A DNA stretch of 44,838 nucleotides from an uncultured Nitrospiraceae bacterium (GTDB lineage: Bacteria; Nitrospirota; Thermodesulfovibrionia; Thermodesulfovibrionales; Dissulfurispiraceae): assembly GCA_947085205.1 (NCBI GenBank), contig CAMTVO010000038.1:1-44838 (forward strand), read 5' to 3'. This document shows, one piece after another, positions 1 to 9,264 of this stretch. The position numbers and the translations under genes are program-made. The notes under the pieces are model-generated. The model was not told where the DNA came from and did no database searches. It saw only the letters and a program-made list of their open reading frames with translations. The stretch's first letter is position 1. Every line of letters starts with the position of its first letter.

Positions 1-285
1 CAGGACCCTGATCACTGACTAAAAGCACTTTCTCAGGGAAACAGCCTTCTCCTAATATGCTCTGAGCCTCCTGTTTTGCCATCTCAATGGCCTCAATAAG
101 GTCATCTGCCGTATGGCTTGCCCTTATCAGACATGCAAGAACATATCGTGAGAAGTAATCCAGTACATTTGTTGAGTAGTATGTTCCATATTCCGGTATC
201 TGAAACTCTGTGAAGTCTACCTGCCACAACTGGTTTACCCCCTCAGGTTTATGCAGATACTGTTGCCTGGCCTGCAGGGGACACT
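1..285 (-). pseudogene. DDE integrase (rve) core fragment, IS3/IS481-type transposase; runs off the window edge
   Basis: Manual minus-strand translation ...HKPEGVNQLWQVDFTEFQIPEYGTYYSTNVLDYFSRYVLACL...KVLLVSDQGP shows the W-x-x-D, D-x-x-SR and SDxG rve motifs. The upstream side is cut by the element at 286. Confidence 0.75.
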
Positions 286-418
286 GAGCCTGTCTAAAAA
301 CTACCATTCCCACATAAAGTCGTCATTCTCGCGAAGGCTGGAATCCAGTGTTTTTAATACCTTCTGGATCCCCCGGTCAAGCCGGAGGATGACAAATACT
401 GAGTTTTTAGACAAGCTC
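286..418. mobile_element. 133-bp MITE with 17-bp terminal inverted repeats, 4-bp target duplication and an internal REP-like hairpin
   Basis: GAGCCTGTCTAAAAACT (286-302) matches the reverse complement of AGTTTTTAGACAAGCTC (402-418) at 16/17. CACT lies on both flanks (282-285, 419-422). GTCATT...ATGAC element inside (322-393). Confidence 0.75.
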
Positions 419-461
419 CACTTCCCTTATTCCTAAAATACAAATCAAGATATTAAAAGGT

Positions 462-695
462 GCCTCATCAGCAGAATCTATGGATGGTTTTTGGCTCTGG
501 CAAAGCGCCTAACACATGATACAAGGCTATTTGCAGGTGTTCCGTTGACCTAAATCCATATATGAATGATTGGAACTTTTCTATTTTATTGAGTATCGTT
601 TTTATGAGCATTGTTTCTCCTCAGGTTTAATGTCGGAAAAATATTATACCCAAGGTCAGAAATAATGCTCCCTGTTTTAAGTTGTCTGTAGGGCC
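462..695 (-). mobile_element. Internally deleted ISL3-family element (mini-IS) with a 47-aa N/C-terminal fusion ORF at 611..468
   Basis: ORF MLIKTILNKIEKFQSFIYG|FRSTEHLQIALYHVLGALPEPKTIHRFC resembles the first and last residues of ISL3 transposases. SD GAGGAG upstream. Ends GGCCCTACAG... and ...GATTCTGCTGATGAGGC resemble ISL3 ends. Confidence 0.65.
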
Positions 696-1047
696 GGAGA
701 GACATACCTTCCCGTAACAGCTTTATGTGGGCTTTTGTCAGTGTAAGCCGATCACAGTCAAGCCATTCCATAATGCTTTCTTTATGAAGCAAGAGGATGT
801 TATCTCTGGTGTTTGCATCGTCAGCATTGTCATTGAGGTGGACTTCTCTGAATACTGCGTATGCGATATCTTCTATGTCTGCGTTAGAGTCGCCTCCGAG
901 TCCTTTCTCTTGTGCAAGCCGTATATACTTGCGAACCGTATTGCGTGCGATGTCCGTTGCCTGTGCTATTGTCCTGCTCCCATCACCTGCCTGATGCCTT
1001 CTTAAAACATCTAATATCTCAATCACGGTGTGCTCCTTGTTTGCCAT
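696..1047 (-). pseudogene. IS21-family transposase IstA N-terminal fragment, truncated by the mini-ISL3
   Basis: MANKEHTVIEILDVLRRHQAGDGSRTIAQATDIARNTVRKYI is the typical IstA N-terminal HTH. SD GGGAGG. Similarity stops at about 696 and no DDE domain follows. Confidence 0.7.
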
Positions 1048-1090
1048 GCTGCCTCCCTGCAAGTCTTTGACTTAAATGAATCCTCTTATG

Positions 1091-1120
1091 TTGACTTGTC
1101 TGAATTTAGGCAAGTATAAT
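1091..1120 (+). promoter_or_regulatory. sigma70-type promoter for lysS
   Basis: TTGACT-N18-TATAAT, 8 nt before the ATG at 1129. Confidence 0.55.
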
Positions 1121-1128
1121 TATAAGTT

Positions 1129-2604
1129 ATGGAAGAAATGAATGAACTCATAGAGCAGCGTTTTAAAAAGCTCGATGACCTGCGCAGCACAAATATCGAT
1201 CCGTATAACGGACGTTTTAACCCTCAAACAACCGCTGCCGAGCTTTATGCAAAATATAAGGATTCGGATAAAGACTCTTTGGAATCTCATAATGCAAGCA
1301 CCTCCATTGCAGGCAGGATTGTTGCAATGAGAGACTTCGGCAAGGCATCCTTTGCGCATATTCAGGATGCTACCGGCAAAATTCAGATATACCTCAAAAA
1401 AGATGTGCTCAATGAGAAATATGCGCTTATAAAAAAGTTAGACATTGGAGATATAATAGGCGTTACAGGCAGGCTCTTCAGGACAAGGACCAATGAGCTT
1501 ACCATAGAGGTCAATGACTTTGTTTTCCTGAGCAAATCACTCAGACCATTGCCGGAAAAATGGCACGGACTGAGGGACATCGAAACAAGATACAGGCAGA
1601 GATATGTTGACCTTATAGTTAATCCGCAGGTAAAGGATATATTCGCAAAAAGAAGTGCAATTATCAAATCCATAAGGGATTTCCTCGAATCGCACGGTTT
1701 TATAGAAGTTGAGACTCCAATGATGCACCAGATTCCCGGAGGCGCTGCAGCAAAGCCTTTCAGGACGCACCACATAGCCCTCGGGATTGATTTGTATCTG
1801 AGGATTGCGCCCGAGCTTTATCTTAAGAGGCTTCTCGTGGGCGGCTACGAAAGGGTCTTTGAACTTAATAAGAACTTTAGAAATGAAGGCATATCGACAA
1901 AACACAATCCCGAATTCACAATGCTTGAATTCTACATGGCTTATAAGGATTACAACTTTTTAATGTCATTCACGGAAGAGATATTTTCCTACATTGCAAA
2001 CAGAGTTCTCGGGATATTGAAGATACCCTATGGAGACACAACAATAGACCTTACCCCTCCGTGGCCCAAAATTCCGATGCTCGACGCAATGAAGCAGAAG
2101 GGCGTGCCTGATGATGTTATCACAGACCCTGAAAAGGCTAAGAAATGGGCAGAGTCAAAGGGGATAGAAATAGATAGGGGCGCTTCACATGCAAAGGTTC
2201 TTGATGAGATATTCAAGGAGCTTGTGGAGCCTTATCTTGTGCAGCCTACATTTATTATCGACTATCCTGTGGATCTTTCTCCGCTTGCAAAGAGAAAGCG
2301 CGATAATCCAGAGCTTGTCGAGAGATTCGAGCTCTTTATAGCAGCACGGGAGATAGCCAATGCCTTTTCGGAATTGAACGACCCCATAGACCAGAAGGAG
2401 AGGTTCTTAAAGCAGGTCGAGGCAAAGAAGAAGGGTGATGAAGAGGCGCACTGGATGGACGAGGATTTTGTCAGGGCTCTGGAGTACGGCATGCCGCCTG
2501 CTGCCGGCGAGGGAATAGGCATAGACAGGCTGGTGATGCTTCTTACAAACTCCCAGTCCATAAGGGATGTGATACTCTTCCCTCAGTTAAAGCCGGAACA
2601 ATAG
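1129..2604 (+). CDS. lysS: Lysine--tRNA ligase (class II)
   Basis: YRQRYVDL, YLRIAPELYLKRL, FRNEGISTKHNPEFTMLEFY and GIGIDRL motifs. Confidence 0.98.
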   Translation: MEEMNELIEQRFKKLDDLRSTNIDPYNGRFNPQTTAAELYAKYKDSDKDSLESHNASTSIAGRIVAMRDFGKASFAHIQDATGKIQIYLKKDVLNEKYALIKKLDIGDIIGVTGRLFRTRTNELTIEVNDFVFLSKSLRPLPEKWHGLRDIETRYRQRYVDLIVNPQVKDIFAKRSAIIKSIRDFLESHGFIEVETPMMHQIPGGAAAKPFRTHHIALGIDLYLRIAPELYLKRLLVGGYERVFELNKNFRNEGISTKHNPEFTMLEFYMAYKDYNFLMSFTEEIFSYIANRVLGILKIPYGDTTIDLTPPWPKIPMLDAMKQKGVPDDVITDPEKAKKWAESKGIEIDRGASHAKVLDEIFKELVEPYLVQPTFIIDYPVDLSPLAKRKRDNPELVERFELFIAAREIANAFSELNDPIDQKERFLKQVEAKKKGDEEAHWMDEDFVRALEYGMPPAAGEGIGIDRLVMLLTNSQSIRDVILFPQLKPEQ

Positions 2605-3852
2605 ATGAATCTTCCATATCAACTCTTTATTGCCTTAAGGTATCTGAAGTCAAAGAAGAGGCATAAAGGCATCTCATTCAACACAATCATATCAATAAGC
2701 GGCGTTGCTGTCGGCGTGATGGCGCTTCTTGTAGTCCTTTCTGTTATGAGCGGTTTTCACGAAGACCTCCAGAAAAATATACTCGGAGCCAATGCTCATG
2801 CAGTAGTCCTCAGCTATAAAGGCGGTATCGAAGACTATAAATCCGTGATGGAAAGGCTGGAACACGAGCCGCATATTGTTTCGATGTCTCCATTTGTTTT
2901 AGGGCAGGTGATGGTTTCTTCAGGGAAAAGGGCTCATGGTGTTTTTATGAGGGGAATAGAGCCTTTGTCAGAGCTAAAGACAACGGATATTTTGAAGCAT
3001 ATTAAGGAAGGGAGTATCGAAGATTTAATACCCCCCCATCCGCAGAGGGGGGGTGAAACTGTTCCGTGGATAATTCTCGGCAGAGAGCTTTCTGCAATGT
3101 TAGGTGTTATAACAGGTGATACGGTTAATCTTATTTCTCCTGTGGGCGAGATCGGGCCTCTTGGAATGCTGCCAAAGATGAAGCAGTTCAGGGTTGTTGC
3201 AGTGTTCGAGATTGGGATGTTCGAGTATGATACAAACCTTGTCCTTACGGACATAAAATCTGCTCAGGAATTCTTCGGATACGGAAGCGCTGTTTCAGGA
3301 ATCGAATTGCGTCTCGACGATATTTATAAGGCATCTTCTGTGCGTGATTCTGTAAATAAAAATTTAGGGTTCCCTTATTACGCAAGAGACTGGATGCAGA
3401 TGAACAGGAATTTATTCGCCGCACTGAAACTCGAAAAGTTTGCAATGTTTATTATTTTAATACTAATAGTGCTTGTTGCCTCTTTTAACATTGTCAGCAC
3501 CCTTATGATGAATGTAATGGAAAAACAGAAAGAGATAGCCATCTTGAAAGCAATGGGCGCTAAGAATCGTGGGATAATGATGGTCTTTATGATTCAGGGG
3601 CTGCTGATAGGAGTAATAGGAACTGCAATTGGCGTAACAGGAGGCTACATTCTCGGAAAGATAATAAACAACTACGAGATTATAAAGCTCCCAGCGGATG
3701 TCTATTATCTGAGTAAACTGCCTGTGAAGATGAAGCTCGTAGATTTTATTGTCGTATCTTTTTCTGCAATCGCCATAAGTTTCCTTTCTACACTGTATCC
3801 TTCTTACCATGCAGCAAAATTAAATCCTGTCGAGCCTTTGAGGTATGAGTGA
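2605..3852 (+). CDS. lolC: Lipoprotein-releasing ABC transporter permease (LolC/LolE family)
   Basis: GVAVGVMALLVVLSVMSGF, EIAILKAMGA and C-terminal AAKLNPVEPLRYE; adjacent to lolD. Confidence 0.93.
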   Translation: MNLPYQLFIALRYLKSKKRHKGISFNTIISISGVAVGVMALLVVLSVMSGFHEDLQKNILGANAHAVVLSYKGGIEDYKSVMERLEHEPHIVSMSPFVLGQVMVSSGKRAHGVFMRGIEPLSELKTTDILKHIKEGSIEDLIPPHPQRGGETVPWIILGRELSAMLGVITGDTVNLISPVGEIGPLGMLPKMKQFRVVAVFEIGMFEYDTNLVLTDIKSAQEFFGYGSAVSGIELRLDDIYKASSVRDSVNKNLGFPYYARDWMQMNRNLFAALKLEKFAMFIILILIVLVASFNIVSTLMMNVMEKQKEIAILKAMGAKNRGIMMVFMIQGLLIGVIGTAIGVTGGYILGKIINNYEIIKLPADVYYLSKLPVKMKLVDFIVVSFSAIAISFLSTLYPSYHAAKLNPVEPLRYE

Positions 3853-3856
3853 GAAT

Positions 3857-3882
3857 TGGAGTAATGGAGTGATGGAGTAATG
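3857..3882. repeat. Octamer tandem repeat (TGGAGTRA)x3
   Basis: TGGAGTAA TGGAGTGA TGGAGTAA, overlapping the start of the next ORF. Confidence 0.7.
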
Positions 3883-4137
3883 TGTAAACTGATTAAAAAA
3901 ATTCTTTGCATAATAATCATTGCCCTGATATTGTTTATCGGTATTACCGTCTGGGGCAAGGGTGGAGATAAGTTCAGGTGGATTGGAGATAAGACCGGAG
4001 GGATAATACAAGAAGGCGCAGAAAGGTTTGGTGAAAAGGCGGACAATCTGAATGAAAAGACAGATGCAGTGAGAAAGAAAGTAAAGGGATGGACGCAGAA
4101 GGAAGAGGGAAAAGAAGGGAAGCAGGGAAATAAATGA
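3880..4137 (+). CDS. Small membrane-anchored hypothetical protein
   Basis: N-terminal hydrophobic helix and charged tail; ATGA overlap with lolD. Confidence 0.6.
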   Translation: MCKLIKKILCIIIIALILFIGITVWGKGGDKFRWIGDKTGGIIQEGAERFGEKADNLNEKTDAVRKKVKGWTQKEEGKEGKQGNK

Positions 4138-4862
4138 AAGAGCTTATAAGGGCAGAGGGACTCAATAAATCATTTTACACGCCTGCCGGAGAGTTGAAGG
4201 TATTAAAAGACATCGATGCTGTTTTTAATGAAGGAGAAATGGTAAGCATTGTTGGCGCCTCCGGCGTTGGTAAAAGCACATTTCTGCATATCATCGGAAC
4301 GCTTGATAAACCGACATCAGGACATATAATTTATAAAGTCGAGAGTCGGGAGTCGGGAGTCAGGAGTTCAGAGGAAGGAATAAATCCCTTTTCTCTGAGT
4401 AACGGAGATTTAGCAATTTTTAGAAATCAAGTAATCGGCTTTATTTTCCAGTTTCATTATCTCCTTCCTGAATTTACTGCCATAGAAAATGTGATGATGC
4501 CGGGACTGATATCACAAAGTCATAAGTCAGAGGTCATAAGTCAGAAAGAAGTATATGAAAGAGCGGAAAAGCTTCTTGATGAGCTTGGTTTGTATGCGAG
4601 GAAGACTCACAAACCGGGTGAAATGTCAGGAGGAGAGCAGCAGAGGGTTGCTGTTGCAAGGGCATTGCTCCTTGAGCCGAAGGTTGTCCTTGCAGACGAA
4701 CCTACAGGGAACTTGGATACAGCAACAGGCGAAGACCTTTTCAGGCTATTGATGGATATAAACCAAAAGCGCGGCATAACATTCATAATAGTAACCCACA
4801 ATGAGTCTCTCTCCAAGAGATGTCATAGAGTGTTGGAAATGGTTGACGGACGGCTTTGCTGA
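4134..4862 (+). CDS. lolD: Lipoprotein-releasing ABC transporter ATP-binding protein
   Basis: Walker A GASGVGKST, signature MSGGEQQR, DEPTGNLD; two heptamer-repeat inserts. Confidence 0.93.
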   Translation: MKELIRAEGLNKSFYTPAGELKVLKDIDAVFNEGEMVSIVGASGVGKSTFLHIIGTLDKPTSGHIIYKVESRESGVRSSEEGINPFSLSNGDLAIFRNQVIGFIFQFHYLLPEFTAIENVMMPGLISQSHKSEVISQKEVYERAEKLLDELGLYARKTHKPGEMSGGEQQRVAVARALLLEPKVVLADEPTGNLDTATGEDLFRLLMDINQKRGITFIIVTHNESLSKRCHRVLEMVDGRLC

Positions 4863-4949
4863 TATAAAAATAGAGGTAGAAATTCCAATTACTAATTGGT
4901 TATCATATGAGCCGAAAATTTTTATTTAAGGGATATTATAAAGCTGAAA

Positions 4950-6692
4950 ATGTCCGACATTGCTGAAAAGGAAATAGTTGATCCGGAGATTCTACGCCAC
5001 AGCGCTTCTCATGTAATGGCGCATGCGATAAAAGATTTATTCCCCGATGCAAGGCTCGCCATAGGCCCTGCCACAGAAGAAGGTTTTTATTACGACATTG
5101 ACAGGGAGACTCCTTTCACTCCAGAGGATTTGGAAATGATAGAAAAGAGGATGAAGGAGATTATAAAGAAGAACAGCCCGTTTGTCCGAAAAGAAATCTC
5201 AAAATCCGAAGCTGTAGAGCTTTTCAAAAAGATAGGTGAAAACTATAAGGTGGAGCTTCTTCAGGAGATACAGGACGACACGGTATCGATATATGAAGAA
5301 GGAGGATTTATCGACCTATGCAGAGGACCTCATGTTTCAAAGACAGGGAAAATTAAGGCATTCAAGTTGTTGAGCATTGCTGGGGCATACTGGAGAAGCA
5401 ATGAAAAGAACAAGATGCTCCAGAGGATTTACGGCACTGCATTTGACAGCAAGGATGATTTGAGCGCATATCTGAATTTCCTTGAAGAGGTCAAGAAGAG
5501 AGACCACAGAAAACTGGGCAGAGAACTTGATTTATTCAGCATCAGTGATGAGATAGGCCCGGGACTTATCCTCTGGCATCCCAATGGTGCGATTATCAGG
5601 AAGACTATCGAGGATTTCTGGAGAAACGAACATCTGAAGGCTGATTATAAAATTCTCTATACACCGCATATAGCAAAGCTGAATCTCTGGCAGAGGAGCG
5701 GCCACTGGGACTTTTACAGGGAGAATATGTATTCTCCTATGGAGATAGACGAAGTCGCTTATGAGTTGAAACCAATGAACTGTCCATTTCATATAAGTGT
5801 TTATAAAAGCTCTCTGAGGAGTTACAGGGAATTGCCGATCAGGTATGCAGAGCTCGGCACAGTTTACAGATACGAGCGCTCCGGCGTGCTACATGGACTC
5901 TTAAGAGTAAGAGGTTTTACTCAGGATGATGCCCATATATTCTGCAGGGAAGACCAGATAGAGGATGAAATACTGAATATCCTCGATTTTACGCTCTTTA
6001 TTCTCAGGACATTCGGCTTTGATTCATATGATGTTTATTTATCAACGCGGCCTGAGAAATATGTGGGAACGCTTGAAAATTGGGAAAGGGCGACCAATGC
6101 CTTAAAACAGGCCATTGAGAAAAAAGGTCTGTCGTATCTAATAGACCATGGAGAAGGTGTGTTTTATGGCCCGAAGATAGACATAAAGATAAAGGATTCC
6201 CTGAACAGGTCATGGCAGTGCAGCACCATACAGGTTGATTTTAATAATCCCGAAAGATTCGATGTCACATACAGGGGAAGCGATGGTAAAGAACACAGGC
6301 CTATAATGATTCACAGGGCATTGATGGGGTCGCTGGAGAGGTTCTTCGGAATCCTTATCGAGAATTATGCAGGCGCATTTCCTTTATGGCTTTCACCTGT
6401 TCAGGCGGCGGTATTGACAATCTCGGAAAGACACGATAATTATGCAAAAGAAATATACACGGCTCTAAAGAAATCAGATATAAGAGCCGAAATAAATCTT
6501 GAAAATGAAAAGATAGGGTATAAGATACGCGAGGCCACCGTGAGAAAAATTCCGTATCTTGTTATAATAGGCGACAAGGAAATTGCAGGAGGCAAGATAA
6601 CGGTCAGGAAAAGAAGCGGCGAAAACATCGGGCCGTTTACAATAGAAGAGTTTATAGGGATAATTAAAAAAGAGATAGACAATAAATCGTAA
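4950..6692 (+). CDS. thrS: Threonine--tRNA ligase (no N-terminal TGS domain)
   Basis: LRHSASHVMA, DLCRGPH, RDHRKLG, LKPMNCPFH and RVRGFTQDDAH motifs. Confidence 0.98.
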   Translation: MSDIAEKEIVDPEILRHSASHVMAHAIKDLFPDARLAIGPATEEGFYYDIDRETPFTPEDLEMIEKRMKEIIKKNSPFVRKEISKSEAVELFKKIGENYKVELLQEIQDDTVSIYEEGGFIDLCRGPHVSKTGKIKAFKLLSIAGAYWRSNEKNKMLQRIYGTAFDSKDDLSAYLNFLEEVKKRDHRKLGRELDLFSISDEIGPGLILWHPNGAIIRKTIEDFWRNEHLKADYKILYTPHIAKLNLWQRSGHWDFYRENMYSPMEIDEVAYELKPMNCPFHISVYKSSLRSYRELPIRYAELGTVYRYERSGVLHGLLRVRGFTQDDAHIFCREDQIEDEILNILDFTLFILRTFGFDSYDVYLSTRPEKYVGTLENWERATNALKQAIEKKGLSYLIDHGEGVFYGPKIDIKIKDSLNRSWQCSTIQVDFNNPERFDVTYRGSDGKEHRPIMIHRALMGSLERFFGILIENYAGAFPLWLSPVQAAVLTISERHDNYAKEIYTALKKSDIRAEINLENEKIGYKIREATVRKIPYLVIIGDKEIAGGKITVRKRSGENIGPFTIEEFIGIIKKEIDNKS

Positions 6693-6760
6693 TCCGTGAT
6701 CCGTAATGCGTGATGGGTTAAAGGAAAATTACATATTGCTCATTACGGATTACGCATTAT
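6687..6760. repeat. Inverted heptamer-repeat element
   Basis: CGTAATC/CGTGATC-type units followed by complementary ATTACGG/ATTACGC units. Confidence 0.65.
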
Positions 6761-6853
6761 TAGTGCGATAGTTAATAGAGCGACAGTTCGACAGTTAAAT
6801 TATGGAAAAATTTTTCCTTAAAAGAACCGTGACACTATCGCTCTGTCGCACTA
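6761..6853. repeat. Inverted GCGACAGT-type repeat element
   Basis: TAGTGCGATAG...GCGACAG left arm and CTATCGCTCTGTCGCACTA right arm; shares 19 bp with 20646-20664. Confidence 0.6.
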
Positions 6854-6876
6854 AATAACTAAGTGGAGGTGATAGC

Positions 6877-7380
6877 ATAAGCAAGGACATCAGATTTAAC
6901 GAAGGTATCAGGGTAAGGGAAGTAAGGCTTATTGACGAAGAAGGCAAGCAGCTTGGAGTCGTTCCTACTCATGAGGCGCTCAAGATAGCCAGAGAAAGGG
7001 GTTATGACCTTGTCGAGGTTGCTCCCAACGCCGCACCGCCTGTCTGCAGGGTGATGGATTACGGCAAATACAAATACCAGATGAGCAAGAAGCATACGGC
7101 AAGGAAGACCATAGATGTCAAAGAAGTAAAGATAAGGCCCCGGATTACAGACCACGATCTCCAGCTCAAGATCAAAAATGTCAGGAGATTTCTGGACGAC
7201 GGAGACAAAGCGAAGGTTACAATGTTTTTCAGGGGTCGTGAGATTATCAGGCCTGAGATGGGCATGAAGCTGTTTGACAGGATACTCGAATTGCTCGCAG
7301 GAAAGTTTCAGGTAGAACAGCCGCCTAAGCTGGAAGGTAAAAATATTACCATGGTGATTGCGCCGACGAGCAGCAAATAG
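6877..7380 (+). CDS. infC: Translation initiation factor IF-3, non-canonical ATA start, 167 aa
   Basis: SD GGAGGT then ATA AGC AAG GAC ATC AGA TTT AAC GAA (xSKDIRFNEGIRVREVRLID), in frame with track ORF 7051..7380; PPVCRVMDYGKYKY. Confidence 0.93.
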   Translation: MSKDIRFNEGIRVREVRLIDEEGKQLGVVPTHEALKIARERGYDLVEVAPNAAPPVCRVMDYGKYKYQMSKKHTARKTIDVKEVKIRPRITDHDLQLKIKNVRRFLDDGDKAKVTMFFRGREIIRPEMGMKLFDRILELLAGKFQVEQPPKLEGKNITMVIAPTSSK

Positions 7381-7395
7381 AGAGAGGAGGAGAAA

Positions 7396-7596
7396 ATGCC
7401 AAAGCTTAAGACCCACAGGGGCGCTGCCAAGAGGTTTAAGGTGACAGGCAGCGGAAAGATAAAGAGGTACAGGGCATACAAGAGCCATCTCCTTACAGGC
7501 AAATCGGCCAAAAGGATGAGGAATCTCAGACAGAGCAGCCTTGTGCCGGAAGTGCAGTACGAGAATATCAAGAAATTGTTGCCGTATATGTTTTAG
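7396..7596 (+). CDS. rpmI: 50S ribosomal protein L35
   Basis: [21 protein letters not shown]. Confidence 0.98.
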   Translation: MPKLKTHRGAAKRFKVTGSGKIKRYRAYKSHLLTGKSAKRMRNLRQSSLVPEVQYENIKKLLPYMF

Positions 7597-7602
7597 GTTT
7601 AT

Positions 7603-7660
7603 GCAGGTATGCATGCGGTAAAAAGCTTTACAAATGCACGCACCCCGCATGCATACCTGC
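7603..7660. repeat. Perfect 16-bp inverted repeat between rpmI and rplT
   Basis: GCAGGTATGCATGCGG (7603-7618) / CCGCATGCATACCTGC (7645-7660). Confidence 0.75.
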
Positions 7661-7827
7661 CAAGTCGGAACTCGAAAGTAACCTATATTTTCCCGAACAA
7701 AACTCAGGCTTGACGCTTGTATAGGTGATTTATTAAACTATCTATTCTTAAAACAGACTTCGGAGAGTCAGTAAAAAAGTCATTCTGACTGCTGTCTGCT
7801 GATTTCTAAGAAAACAGGAGGAGTAAA

Positions 7828-8175
7828 ATGCCCAGGGCAAAAGGTGGTTTCAAAACAAGGAAATACCATAAAAAGGTTCTTGCAAAGGCAAAAGGCCAGT
7901 ATGGCGCAAGAAACCGTGTTTACAAGGTTGCCGCTCAGGTTGTTGATAAGGGGCTGCTTGCGGCTTATAAGGATAGAAGGCTTAAAAAGCGTGAATTCAG
8001 GGCATTGTGGATTGCAAGGATTAATGCTGCCGTAAGATCACTCGGAATGTCTTACAGCCAGTTTATGAACGGACTGAAAAAGGTAAACATAGCTCTCAAC
8101 AGAAAGGCTCTCGCAGATTTGGCATACAATGACCCAAAAGCCTTCAGCGAACTGGTGAATCAAGTTAAGAGTTAA
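7828..8175 (+). CDS. rplT: 50S ribosomal protein L20
   Basis: [20 protein letters not shown]; follows rpmI. Confidence 0.98.
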   Translation: MPRAKGGFKTRKYHKKVLAKAKGQYGARNRVYKVAAQVVDKGLLAAYKDRRLKKREFRALWIARINAAVRSLGMSYSQFMNGLKKVNIALNRKALADLAYNDPKAFSELVNQVKS

Positions 8176-8258
8176 GGGGTTAAGAGTTAAGGAGTATTTA
8201 TTGAATTTTAAACTTCTTAACTCCACAACTCGCAACTCCATAACTCCATAAACTCTTA
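8163..8258. repeat. Inverted 7/8-mer repeat element overlapping the rplT stop codon
   Basis: AGTTAAG-type units followed by complementary AACTCCAT/AACTC units. Confidence 0.65.
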
Positions 8259-8259
8259 T

Positions 8260-9264
8260 ATGGAAGACCTGAAACAAAAATTCCTTGACGAATTAAAATC
8301 CGTAAAAAATCTTGCTGACCTGTCCAATCTTAAAGTCAAATATCTTGGCAGAAAAGGGATTATAACCTCGGATCTCAAATCCATTTCATCGCTCTCTTCG
8401 GAAGAAAGGCCGTTATACGGCAAAAAGATAAATGATATAAAACAATTCATAGAGGCAGAGATTGATGCGAGAGAATCCAATTTTAAAAAGGAAGAACTGA
8501 GAAAACAACTTCTTTCGGATTCCCTCGACATCACATTGTCCGGCAAGTTCGTCCCCTTCGGCAGGGAGCATCCCATAAACAAGACCCTTACTAAAATAAC
8601 GGATATTTTTGTGAAGATGGGTTTCAGCGTTGAGGAAGGCCCGGAGGTCGAGCTGGACTACTATAATTTTGAGGCGCTAAATATTCCAAAAGACCATCCG
8701 GCAAGGGACATGCAGGATACATTCTATATAAGCGACGATATAGTTTTGAGGACACATACATCGCCTGTTCAGGTGAGGATTATGGAGAAGAGAAAGCCTC
8801 CTTTAAGGTTCATAGCGCCCGGCAAGGTTTACAGGTGCGATGCTGATATAACCCATACTCCGATGTTCCATCAGGTTGAAGGCCTGATGGTTGATAAGGG
8901 CATAACATTCAGCAACCTCAAGGGTGTGCTTGAGGCATTCCTCCATCGGATGTTCGGCGCTGATACGCCTGTGCGCTTCAGACCGAGCTTTTTCCCTTTT
9001 ACGGAGCCCTCTGCAGAGGTGGACATCGGATGCATATTGTGCAATGGTGCCGGCTGCAGGGTTTGCAAGGGATCGGGATGGCTCGAAATCTTAGGTGCTG
9101 GAATGGTAAATCCGAGGGTATTTGAGAATGTGGGATACGACCCTGAAGAGTATTCCGGATTTGCATTCGGCATGGGAATAGAGCGGATTGCGATGCTCAA
9201 ATATTCGATAGACGACATAAGACTATTTTTTGAAAATGATATAAGATTCTTGAGGCAATTTTAG
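8260..9264 (+). CDS. pheS: Phenylalanine--tRNA ligase alpha subunit
   Basis: HPARDMQDTFY, LRTHTSPVQ, FPFTEPSAE and GFAFGMGIER motifs. Confidence 0.98.
   Translation: MEDLKQKFLDELKSVKNLADLSNLKVKYLGRKGIITSDLKSISSLSSEERPLYGKKINDIKQFIEAEIDARESNFKKEELRKQLLSDSLDITLSGKFVPFGREHPINKTLTKITDIFVKMGFSVEEGPEVELDYYNFEALNIPKDHPARDMQDTFYISDDIVLRTHTSPVQVRIMEKRKPPLRFIAPGKVYRCDADITHTPMFHQVEGLMVDKGITFSNLKGVLEAFLHRMFGADTPVRFRPSFFPFTEPSAEVDIGCILCNGAGCRVCKGSGWLEILGAGMVNPRVFENVGYDPEEYSGFAFGMGIERIAMLKYSIDDIRLFFENDIRFLRQF

Noticed and set aside
251..436. 61-aa plus-strand ORF
   Set aside because: Translation of MITE/REP sequence, antisense to the integrase fragment
6859..7650. 263-aa minus-strand ORF
   Set aside because: Antisense shadow of infC-rpmI with no motifs; the other short ORFs overlapping confident genes were rejected for the same reason
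7661..8259. L20 leader, or pheS attenuator/T-box
   Set aside because: No Phe-rich leader, T-box motif or convincing structure; the gap before pheS is filled by simple repeats
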